Assembly (NCBI GenBank): GCA_963775425.1 | Contig: CAVZJB010000011.1 | Span: 256,001 to 320,000 of the forward strand | Reading direction: 5' to 3' | DNA from: an uncultured delta proteobacterium | GTDB lineage: Bacteria; Myxococcota; UBA727; VGSZ01 | Length of the DNA stretch: 64,000 bases | In this document: positions 12,424 through 20,388 of the stretch, in pieces | Layout: each line of letters opens with the position of its first letter | Numbering within the stretch: the stretch's first letter is position 1 | The notes under the pieces: generated by a model | The model's database searches: none | What the model saw: the letters and a program-made list of their open reading frames with translations, nothing else | Told to the model about the DNA's origin: nothing | Translations under genes and position numbers: made by a program

Positions 12424-13461
12424 TCACGGGGCCGGGTCGATGATCGACGGGGCGGCGAGCACGCGGTCCTCGAGGCGGGCGGCGAGCGCTTCGGCGCCGA
12501 TGCGCGTCGTCCCCGCAGGGCACGCGCCGAGCCGGACGCCGATCAGGGCGAGCAAGGCGGCGCCGTCGAGGCCGCGGGCGAAGAGCGTCCGCAGCGAGTG
12601 CGGCGACGTGCCGTTGCGCTTGCTGACACGGTTGCCGGCGGCGTCGAGCCACAGGGGCACGTGCGCGAACGCCGGCGGCGTCCGGCCGAGCGCATGAAAG
12701 AGCTGCACCTGGCGCGGCGCCGACGACAGGAGGTCGCGCCCCCGCACCACCTCGGTGATCTCCTGAAGCGCGTCGTCGACGACGACGGCGAGCTGGTAGG
12801 CGACGAGGCCGTCCTTGCGGCGCACGACGAAGTCGCCGACGGCGGCCGCCACGTCCTGCTCGACGCGGCCTTGCAGCACGTCGTCGACGACCACCACCCC
12901 GGGCGGCACGCGGAAGCGCCACGCGACGGGGAGCTGGGGGTCGTCGAAGGGCAGGCGCAGGTCGCGGCAGGTGCCGGGGTAGGGCGGGCCCTCCTCGCCC
13001 TCGTGCGGTGCCGACGCCGCGCGCAGCAGGTCCTTGCGCGAGCAGCGGCACGCGTACAGGAGCCCGGCCTCGCGCAATTGCAAGAGCGCCGCTTGGTAGC
13101 GGTCCGGGTGCCGCGACTGTACGAGCACGCCGCGCGCCTCGAGGTCGTCGAGGGCGCGCTCCTCGCGAGCCTGCTCGGCACCGGGCGCCGGCGCACCGTC
13201 GTCGCGCGGCGCGCCGTCGTCGTGGGACGCCGCCAGCGACGGATCAGCGTCGAACGAGAGCCCGAGCGCCGCGAGGTCCGTGGCGATGCGCGCCGCGGCG
13301 CCGGCGACGACGCGCGGGCGATCGAGGTCCTCCATGCGCAGCAGGCACCGCCCACCGGCGCGGCGCGCGCGGGCCCAGGCGCAGACGGCCGCGAGCGCGT
13401 TTCCGAGGTGGAGGTCACCGGTCGGGGAGGGCGCGTAGCGTCCGAGGTACGTCGTCGTCAC
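12424..13461 (-). CDS. gluQ: Glutamyl-Q tRNA(Asp) synthetase
   Basis: 'GRYAPSPTGDLHLGN', 'LLRMEDLD', 'YACRCSR..YPGTCR', 'YQLAVVVDD', 'VVRGRDL', 'RVSKR'; no anticodon-binding domain; GTG 13461 overlaps the upstream stop. Confidence 0.92.
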   Translation of the reverse strand: MTTTYLGRYAPSPTGDLHLGNALAAVCAWARARRAGGRCLLRMEDLDRPRVVAGAAARIATDLAALGLSFDADPSLAASHDDGAPRDDGAPAPGAEQAREERALDDLEARGVLVQSRHPDRYQAALLQLREAGLLYACRCSRKDLLRAASAPHEGEEGPPYPGTCRDLRLPFDDPQLPVAWRFRVPPGVVVVDDVLQGRVEQDVAAAVGDFVVRRKDGLVAYQLAVVVDDALQEITEVVRGRDLLSSAPRQVQLFHALGRTPPAFAHVPLWLDAAGNRVSKRNGTSPHSLRTLFARGLDGAALLALIGVRLGACPAGTTRIGAEALAARLEDRVLAAPSIIDPAP

Positions 13462-14885
13462 GGGCAGAGCGGGCGCAGGGCGACGTCGTCGACGACGGCG
13501 GTGTCGGCGGTGGGCTGGAAGCTGGCGACGCCGATGTTGATGCGGGCGCCGTCGAGGGGCACGGTGATCGGCGCGCGCAATTGCTCGCTCCAGGCGGCGC
13601 CGTCGGCGGAGGTCTCGAACACGAGCTCGCCGGCGAAGCGCAGCCGCAAGAAGCGATGCGCGACGAGGTCGAAGGGGACGTCGGTGTGGGCGCCGCCGCC
13701 CGTGTGCATCTCGAGCGTGCTCTGCCCGAGGATCTGGAAGCCGACGACGCGATCGGGCGTCCGCCCCGCCAGCGCGTACAGCACCATGGGGCTGGCCGAC
13801 GGCGGCGGCGCCACCACCTCGAGCTCGAGGCTCTTCTGGCTCAAGTCGAAGCGCGGGCCCGTCTGCGCCCCGGCGTCGCCCGTGACGAGCGCGGGCGGGT
13901 GGAGCGACAGGTGGCCCGCGACGACGTCGACGCCCGCGCCAGGGTCGGCGTACGACTCGTCCCAGGCGGCGCTGTCGAGGCCGCCGGTGTCGAAGGCGTC
14001 GGTGAAGACGGGGTCGCACGCGGTGCACGCCTCGTCCGCCAGCGTGACGTCGTCCCACTCGACGACGTGGGCGTCCGTGAGGCTCCCCTGAAAGCCCGCC
14101 GACGCCACCACCCGCGGCTGCGAGGCGAGGAAGTCGGCGTCGGCGCTCGCCCCGCCGAGCGGCGTGAAGCTGACGCCGTCGTTGGACGACTCGTAGAGGA
14201 CGGCGCCGTCCGGGTGCACGTGAAAGCGCAGCGTCGTCGGTTTGGCCGGCGCCGCCGCGAGGGTGGTGGTCGCGCCGCCGGCGACGGCGTCGATGGCGCC
14301 GCCTTCGACGATGAAGCCGGTCTGGGCACCGGACTCGTTTTCGAGGAGGAGGAAGGCGAGCACGGCGGGGTCGTCCGGCGGGGTCACCAGGCGGGCGGTG
14401 AGCATGCGCCCGGGCGCCGTCACCGGCGCCGACTTGATGCCGGCGAACCCCTGGCCGTCGCCCTGCATCTGTTCGTGGAGGCGCTCCCCGGTGACGGTGA
14501 GGCCGGTCCCGGGGTCCTCGAAGCCCTGCGGCCAACGCGTGGCGTCGACGCCGGCGCCGTCGAAGTGGTCGAGGAGGACCGCGCACTGCGCGGGCTCGCC
14601 TTCGCCCTCGCCCTCGCCTTCGCCTTCGCCTTCGCCCTCGCCCTCTCCTTCGCCTTCACCCTCGCCCTCTCCTTCGCCCTCGCCTTCGCCCTCGCCTTCG
14701 CCCTCGCCTTCGCCTTCGCCTTCGCCCTCGCCTTCCCCGCCGACGACGACGGCGAGCCGGCAGAGACCTTCGGCGCACACCTCGTCGTCGCGGCAGTCGG
14801 AGTCGGCGTTGCAGGTGCGCGCCGGCGAGGGGCAGCCGCCGGCGGCGAGCACGGCGAGCACGGCGAGGGCGGCGAGCGCGCGCAT
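13458..14885 (-). CDS. Lipoprotein: Cys-rich module, (Gly-Glu)n linker, and two duplicated beta-rich domains
   Basis: Lipobox 'LAAGGC'; 'CNADSDCRDDEVCAEGLC'; poly-GE; repeated 'D.FD....D...W ... YE/FE.S.DG..F/W' modules. Confidence 0.75.
   Translation of the reverse strand: MRALAALAVLAVLAAGGCPSPARTCNADSDCRDDEVCAEGLCRLAVVVGGEGEGEGEGEGEGEGEGEGEGEGEGEGEGEGEGEGEGEGEGEGEGEGEPAQCAVLLDHFDGAGVDATRWPQGFEDPGTGLTVTGERLHEQMQGDGQGFAGIKSAPVTAPGRMLTARLVTPPDDPAVLAFLLLENESGAQTGFIVEGGAIDAVAGGATTTLAAAPAKPTTLRFHVHPDGAVLYESSNDGVSFTPLGGASADADFLASQPRVVASAGFQGSLTDAHVVEWDDVTLADEACTACDPVFTDAFDTGGLDSAAWDESYADPGAGVDVVAGHLSLHPPALVTGDAGAQTGPRFDLSQKSLELEVVAPPPSASPMVLYALAGRTPDRVVGFQILGQSTLEMHTGGGAHTDVPFDLVAHRFLRLRFAGELVFETSADGAAWSEQLRAPITVPLDGARINIGVASFQPTADTAVVDDVALRPLCP
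14595..14738. repeat. (Gly-Glu) dipeptide repeat, about 24 units (6-bp period)
   Basis: (c/t)tcgcc hexamer run with synonymous variation. Confidence 0.92.
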
Positions 14886-14985
14886 CCGCCGAGCGTAGCC
14901 CACGCGGCGGGCGGCCCGCGCCGGCGAACAGGTGCGGGACCGTCGATCCGCGCGGCGCAACGACCGGCGGGAGCGGCCGCGCGGA

Positions 14986-16383
14986 TCAGTAGCCGCGGAA
15001 GAAGTGTGCGCTCGCCTCGTCCTCGTCGTCGGGGACGAGGATGACGGCCTCCTGCGGCTGCACCTCGATGTGCAGCGAGCCCGAGCGCACCCGGGTGCGG
15101 CGGCCGGCGAGCACGTCCTTCAACAGCAGGCCGTCGACGAGGTCGGAGATGGGCGAGAAGAGCTTGCGCGTCTGCGGGCGATCGCTGCGGTTGACGACGA
15201 CGATGGTGGTCTCGCGTGGGTCGGCCGTGACGCGGGCGAAGGCGAAGACCTCCCACTCGCCCTCGGGCGTCATGTCGACGAGCTCGCCGGTGCGCAGCGC
15301 CGCGCGGCGCCGGCGCAGGGTGCCGAGCTGCCGGTGGAGCGCGAGGGTGTCGGCGTTCCACGTCGACGGGTCCCACGACATCGGCGCCGTCGCCGGCACC
15401 GCGTGGCCCATCGCGAGCCCGATCTCCTCGCCGAACAGCACATGCGCGGCGCCCGGCAGCGTGTAGCCGAGCAGGGTGGCCAAGCGCACGCGCGCGGCGC
15501 GCACCTTGCCGGTCTCGGCGCCGAGGAGCGTGGGCAGCCGCGGTGTGTCGTGGCCCGACAGGAGGTTCCACGAGCGCGACAGCGACTTGTCGTAGGCGCC
15601 TTGCAGGTCGCGTTGCACGCGCGCGAGCTGGCGCGCGGGGATGTCGCCCTTCAAGAACGCAAGCACCGCCTCGCGCCCGTAGTGATTCACCACCGCGTCG
15701 AGGAGGCCGTCACGTTGGTAGCGGTCCGCGAAGCCCTTGATGTCGCCCACGAGGAAGTGGCTGCCCTCGATGTTCCGCGAGCCGCGCTGCAGCTCGCGCA
15801 GGATGGAGTAGCCCACCTGCTCCGCGCGCAGGATGCGCCAGCCGGACGCGCCGGCGCGCATCCAGCGGTGGAGCACGCTCTCGTCGCCGGTGAACATGCG
15901 CCGTCGCACCTCGCCGTCGCGCAGGTCGAGCTCGGGCTCGGACGCGGAGCCGTCGCGGCAGGCGTAGCCGGTGCGGTACGCGGGGTCGAAGGTGAAGAAG
16001 GCGCGGGTGCGCTCCTCGGGCGGGAAGCGCGCGTCGTCGTCGAGCTGCTCCTTGGCCGCCTGGAACCACGGGTGGTTCGCGCTCACGTGATCGAAGACGC
16101 CCATGAGCGTGACGCTGATGCCGCGCTCGAGCGCCGCCGCGCAGAGTTGCTCGAGGTCCTCCTCGGTGCCGAGCCGCGGGTCGACCTGGTCGAAGTCCGT
16201 GGTGTGCATGCGCAGCTCGTCGTCGCCCGGGAACAGCGGCGTCAGCGCGATGCCGTCGATGCCGAGGCTGGCGATGTGATCGAGCTTGTCGCGGATGGCG
16301 AGGAGCGGCTTGTCGCTCCCGGGCACGAAGTGGTCCGGGATGATCTCGTAGACGTGCGTGGGGCAGCGAAGCTTGAACGACAT
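14986..16383 (-). CDS. GH13 (alpha-amylase/neopullulanase-like) family protein with degenerate catalytic motifs
   Basis: 'YEIIPDHF', 'KLDHIASLGIDGIALTPLF', 'DFDQVDPRLGT', 'LSGHDTPR', 'TLPG...FGEEIG'; the nucleophile region reads 'GWRILRA'. Confidence 0.85.
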   Translation of the reverse strand: MSFKLRCPTHVYEIIPDHFVPGSDKPLLAIRDKLDHIASLGIDGIALTPLFPGDDELRMHTTDFDQVDPRLGTEEDLEQLCAAALERGISVTLMGVFDHVSANHPWFQAAKEQLDDDARFPPEERTRAFFTFDPAYRTGYACRDGSASEPELDLRDGEVRRRMFTGDESVLHRWMRAGASGWRILRAEQVGYSILRELQRGSRNIEGSHFLVGDIKGFADRYQRDGLLDAVVNHYGREAVLAFLKGDIPARQLARVQRDLQGAYDKSLSRSWNLLSGHDTPRLPTLLGAETGKVRAARVRLATLLGYTLPGAAHVLFGEEIGLAMGHAVPATAPMSWDPSTWNADTLALHRQLGTLRRRRAALRTGELVDMTPEGEWEVFAFARVTADPRETTIVVVNRSDRPQTRKLFSPISDLVDGLLLKDVLAGRRTRVRSGSLHIEVQPQEAVILVPDDEDEASAHFFRGY

Positions 16384-16515
16384 GGCGCGGTCTGTCGGGG
16401 CGTATCGCCACGACGACGCGGATGCAAGCCGCGTATCCGCGCGTCATCGAGAGCGCCGCGAGTGGCGACGAGGGATTCGAGCCACCCGGAAGGGGCCGGT
16501 GCTACGGCCACACGG

Positions 16516-16604
16516 CGGAGCGGAAAGGAGCTCCGAGCTCGGCGACGAAGACGCGCGCCGAGTTGAGCGCCGGGGCGCCGAGCTCTCCGCTCCTTTCCGC
16601 TCCG
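16516..16604. repeat. Long imperfect inverted repeat (16-bp plus 10-bp perfect arms)
   Basis: cggagcggaaaggagc (16516-16531) pairs with 16589-16604; gagctcggcg (16535-16544) pairs with 16576-16585. Confidence 0.85.
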
Positions 16605-16637
16605 GCGGTGGCGACGTTGTCTAGCCTTCGCTGATTC

Positions 16638-16786
16638 CGAGCGCCCAAGCTGAAGACCCAGGCCGTGGACGACCTCATCGGCCCCGAGCACCCGGCTCGC
16701 CTGATCGACCTGTGCTCGGTGGGCTCGACGCCAAGGCCGTGCAGTTTGGCGGTGGGCGCCCGATTACGAGCCCGCGGATGCTCCTC
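16638..16786 (+). pseudogene. Putative IS1182-family transposase N-terminal remnant (frameshifted, truncated)
   Basis: 'VDDLIGPEHPARLI' then, in another frame, 'GGRPITSPRMLL'; both resemble the two conserved N-terminal IS1182 motifs. Confidence 0.5.
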
Positions 16787-17912
16787 AGGCGAGGACGGCC
16801 CGGGCGACGCGGTCGGCGAAGCGGGCGCCCTTCGACGTGAGGCGGGCGCGGTCGCCGTCGATGATGAGGTCGCCGGCGGCGGCGGCGGCGTCGAGGGCGG
16901 CGCGCACGTCGTCGAGGACGCGGGCGCCGGCGGGCACGGCGTGGCGGCGCGCGAGGGCGGCGAGGTCGACGCCGGCGGCGAGATCGCGCAGCCCGAACGC
17001 CACCGCCTCGCGGAGCGCGTGCGCCGGCTCGAGCTCCTCGACGTCGATCGCCGCGCGCAGCGGATCCATCACCCACGCGTCGAAGCGCGCGGTGGTCTGG
17101 CGGCGGCGCACACGCCCGTCGTCGAGGCGGCGCATCGAGTGTGCGCTCGGGCCCACCCCGAGGTAGGTGCCGCCCTGCCAATAGACGCGGTTGTGGCGGC
17201 TCTCCTCGCCGGGTCGCGCGTACGACGACACCTCGTACTGCGCATACCCCGCCGCGGTGAGCCGGCGCTGTACGTCCTCGTACGCCATCGCCTGCACGTC
17301 GTCGTCGACCGCCTCGCGTTGCTTGCGCGCGATGAGCTGGACGAGCGGCGTGCCGGCCTCCACGGTGAGCAGGTACGCGCTGACGTGCCCGACGCCGAGC
17401 GCGACGCACGTCTCGACGTCACGCGCGAGCCTGTCGTGGCGCTCGCCAGGCACACCGACGATGAGGTCGACGCCGACGCGCCGCCCGGTGCGCACGTACG
17501 CGGCGACGGCGTCGCGGGCGCGCTTGCCGTCGTGGGCGCGGCCGAGCCACGCGAGCACGTCGTCGTCAAAGCTCTGCACGCCGAGGCTCACGCGCGTGAA
17601 GCCCGCCGGCGCCACGTCGTCCTCGGGGTTCACCTCCAACGAGATCTCCGCGTCCGCGGCCAGGCCGAGCGCGCGTGCTTCCTCGACGAGGCGCGCGAGA
17701 TCTGCCTCCCGCAGCGACGACGGCGTGCCTCCTCCCAGCGACAACGACGACGGCGCCGAGGGCAGCTCCGCCCAGCGCCCGCGCAGCTCCGCGGCCACGG
17801 CGTCGACGAAGCGGGGATCGGCCGCGCGGACTTCGAAAGCGAAATCGCAGTACGGGCAGCGACGTCGACAAAACGGGACGTGTACATAGACGCCGCAGGG
17901 GTCCGTGCGCAT
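16785..17912 (-). CDS. hemW: Radical SAM heme chaperone HemW (HemN-like)
   Basis: 'GVYVHVPFCRRRCPYCDF', 'GGGTPS', 'SLGVQSF', 'YEVSSYA...HNRVYW..YLGVGPSAHS'. Confidence 0.9.
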   Translation of the reverse strand: MRTDPCGVYVHVPFCRRRCPYCDFAFEVRAADPRFVDAVAAELRGRWAELPSAPSSLSLGGGTPSSLREADLARLVEEARALGLAADAEISLEVNPEDDVAPAGFTRVSLGVQSFDDDVLAWLGRAHDGKRARDAVAAYVRTGRRVGVDLIVGVPGERHDRLARDVETCVALGVGHVSAYLLTVEAGTPLVQLIARKQREAVDDDVQAMAYEDVQRRLTAAGYAQYEVSSYARPGEESRHNRVYWQGGTYLGVGPSAHSMRRLDDGRVRRRQTTARFDAWVMDPLRAAIDVEELEPAHALREAVAFGLRDLAAGVDLAALARRHAVPAGARVLDDVRAALDAAAAAGDLIIDGDRARLTSKGARFADRVARAVLA

Positions 17913-17917
17913 GTTGT

Positions 17918-18487
17918 TCACGAACGAGGAATGTCGTCGGGGCCTGCCCGGCGCAGCCGTCCCGTCTCGTCCAGGTCCAGATCCGGGCTCGGTTGGGGGG
18001 AGTTGGGCCATTGCGGCCACACCTCGCGGATCTGGCGAAGGGCGAAACGATGATCATCGGGCGAGGTCGCACACACACACGGGTCGGGCACGACGACCTG
18101 AAAGCCGCGCGCCACGGCGTCGGCGGCCGTGAGCAGAACGGAGGTGTGCGTCTCGAGGCCGGTGATCGTGAGCCGGCGAACCTTGAGCTCGCGGAGGGTG
18201 TCTCCGAGGTCGGTGTCGAAGAACGCCGAAGGGGCGCTCTTCCACATGACGCGCTCGTCGGATTGGGGCGTGAGCTCTTGAATGATCTGGGGCGGCTCGG
18301 CGCCCCGGCCGGTCAGCACGTCGGGGGCGGTGCAGGCAAAGATCACCGGTCGGCCGCGCTCCCGGAAGTACCGGAGCTCGCCTTGCACGTAGCGAACGAT
18401 GCTCATGGCGCCGGGCACGGCCCGCGGACCGTCGAGGCGGTCGACGACCATGTCGAGGATCAGCAACGCCCTGTCGGATTCGGCCAA
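17918..18487 (-). CDS. Isochorismatase-family (cysteine hydrolase fold) protein
   Basis: 'ALLILDM', 'KSAPSAFFDTDL...LRELKV..LTITGLETHTSVLLTAADA..RGF'; start uncertain (TTG 18487 chosen). Confidence 0.8.
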   Translation of the reverse strand: MAESDRALLILDMVVDRLDGPRAVPGAMSIVRYVQGELRYFRERGRPVIFACTAPDVLTGRGAEPPQIIQELTPQSDERVMWKSAPSAFFDTDLGDTLRELKVRRLTITGLETHTSVLLTAADAVARGFQVVVPDPCVCATSPDDHRFALRQIREVWPQWPNSPQPSPDLDLDETGRLRRAGPDDIPRS

Positions 18488-18592
18488 GGAAGGAAATCCA
18501 ATCGCTCTGTGGAGCGTTCTTTCCGGAAGGAGAGTCGATCCGCAACCCCTGGGGGGCGCGTGCATCCAACGAAGGATCATCAGGAGGTCCCG

Positions 18593-19525
18593 ATGACGAA
18601 GAAGACACAAGGCCTCCCCGCCGCCGAGCGAGAGGAGACACACATCCTCACGCAGCACCCGCTGCGCGCACGCCGCCGTCCCGGACCTCCGGGGGCGGAT
18701 GCCAAGCCACGCCCCGACCAGGAGCTGGAAGACGCCATCCGTGTGCTCGAGCTCATCGAGCAAGGCGTGCTCCCGCACGACGCGCCGCCGCCGCTGCCGG
18801 TCAAGGTGGACGCCGCGGGCAAGCCCCGCCGCCGCCTCACCGCCGAAGACGAACGGGCTTTGGCGGAGCGCATCCAGACCTGGGGCGATGTCGACGCGAG
18901 AAACGCCCTCGTGCTCGCCAACCTCGGCCTGGTCCACCTCGTCGCCAACCAGATGCGACGCGCGGGCGTTCGCTACGAGGACCTCGTGCAGGAGGGAACC
19001 CTCGGTCTGCTCCGCGCCACGGAGACCTTCGAGCCCGATCGCAACGTGCGGTTCTCCACGTACTGCGTGTACTGGATCCGCGCGAAGATCCAGCGCTACC
19101 TCCAGCGCCTCGATCGCGACGACACCCCCGCCATCGCCGGCGCCGAGATGGAGACGCTCGCCGGCGGCCGCCGCCGTCGCCCGCGCGCCCGCTCGGTGTC
19201 CATCGACACGCCGCTCGACGAGGACGACGACCGCTCGATGGGCGACGTGCTCACCGACCACGGCGAGGACCCGGAGGACGCCACGCTGCGCTTCGAGCGC
19301 GACCACGCCGTCGCCGAGGTGCTCGAGAACATCTGCGAGGAGATCGGCGATCCCCGCTTGAAGACCATCATCGAAAAGCGGCTGCTCTCCGACGAGCCCG
19401 AGACCCTCGCCGCCCTCGGCGATCGCCTGAACCTCTCTCGCGAAGGCGCCCGCCTCCTCGAGAACAAGGTCCTGAAGCTCGCCCGCCAGCGGCTGCACGA
19501 CTTCCGCGAGCTGCCCGCGGACTGA
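18593..19525 (+). CDS. RNA polymerase sigma-70 family factor (group 3, RpoH/SigB-like)
   Basis: AGGAGG RBS; region 2 'LANLGLV...EDLVQEGTLGL...F.P....FSTY..YWIR'; region 4 'TLAALGDRLNLSREGARLLE'. Confidence 0.9.
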   Translation: MTKKTQGLPAAEREETHILTQHPLRARRRPGPPGADAKPRPDQELEDAIRVLELIEQGVLPHDAPPPLPVKVDAAGKPRRRLTAEDERALAERIQTWGDVDARNALVLANLGLVHLVANQMRRAGVRYEDLVQEGTLGLLRATETFEPDRNVRFSTYCVYWIRAKIQRYLQRLDRDDTPAIAGAEMETLAGGRRRRPRARSVSIDTPLDEDDDRSMGDVLTDHGEDPEDATLRFERDHAVAEVLENICEEIGDPRLKTIIEKRLLSDEPETLAALGDRLNLSREGARLLENKVLKLARQRLHDFRELPAD

Positions 19526-19551
19526 TCAACTGATCGGATGCGCGACGGCCC

Positions 19552-20310
19552 CTACGAGGGCAGGCTGCGCGACACCACGGCGTTCTTCCATGCCTTGGGC
19601 GCGGCCTTGCCCACGCCCATCAGCGCCACCAGCCCGAGCGGGAAGCGAACCGTCTTTGCCCGGCGCGCGATGCCGTCGTCCATGATGCGGGCGGCCTCGT
19701 CGGCCTCCAAGACGAACGGCATCGGGAACTTGTTCTTCGCCGTCAGGTCTGTCTTCACGAAGCCCGGATGGATGATGGTCACGTCGACGCCCTTCGCCGG
19801 CAGCTCGCCCTGCGCGCTCTCGAGGAAGAACGTCAGGGCTGCCTTGGAGGCGCCGTAGTCGGCGGCCGCGGGCAGGGGGAGCTCCGCGTGCATGCTCGAG
19901 ACGCCGACGATGTGCCCGCGCCCCCGCGAGAGCATTCGCGGCACCACCGGCAGCAGCGTGGCCAGGGCGCCGATGACGTTGGTGTTGAAGACGTCGCGGA
20001 CGTTCTCCCACGATGTCTGGGACACCAGGCGCCCGCCGCCGCCGATCCCGGCGTTGGCGACCACCAGATCGAGCCCTCCCGACTCGTCGTCGAGCTTCTC
20101 CACGGCGGCCGCACAGGCGGCGGCGTCGCTGACGTCGAGGGGGAAGGCGTGCGCCCGGCCGCCCGCCTTCTGGATTTCCTCCACATGCTCGCTCAGGCGC
20201 TCGGCGCGCCGCGCCGCGAGCCAGACCTCGATGCCGCGGGCGGCGAGCCGCCGGGCCAAGGCGGCGCCGAGGCCGGCCGAGGCGCCGGTGACGAGGGCTC
20301 GTTCTGGCAT
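19552..20310 (-). CDS. SDR family NAD(P)-dependent oxidoreductase
   Basis: 'VTGASAGLG', 'ANAG', 'YGASK', 'PGFVKT'; GAGG RBS. Confidence 0.93.
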   Translation of the reverse strand: MPERALVTGASAGLGAALARRLAARGIEVWLAARRAERLSEHVEEIQKAGGRAHAFPLDVSDAAACAAAVEKLDDESGGLDLVVANAGIGGGGRLVSQTSWENVRDVFNTNVIGALATLLPVVPRMLSRGRGHIVGVSSMHAELPLPAAADYGASKAALTFFLESAQGELPAKGVDVTIIHPGFVKTDLTAKNKFPMPFVLEADEAARIMDDGIARRAKTVRFPLGLVALMGVGKAAPKAWKNAVVSRSLPS

Positions 20311-20388
20311 ACTGTCCACCTCTTCCTTCGCGTTTGACCTCGTGTCGCGGTTCCTGCAACCTCGTCCTCCCGACGCCGAGCACACAAG

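Noticed and set aside
14242-14898. Plus-strand (Ser-Pro)n or (Ala-Phe/Leu)n protein
   Set aside because: Antisense of the (Gly-Glu)n lipoprotein, which has a lipobox and operon context
16462-16520. tRNA-like 3' end on the minus strand (GGCTCGAATCCC...CGCCA)
   Set aside because: T-stem pairs poorly, too few bases lie between the T-arm and CCA for an acceptor stem, and no D or anticodon arms are visible
18550-18564. Sigma-54-like motif upstream of the sigma factor gene (TGGGGGGCGCGTGCA)
   Set aside because: GG-to-GC spacing is 9 rather than 10 nt and the match to consensus is poor
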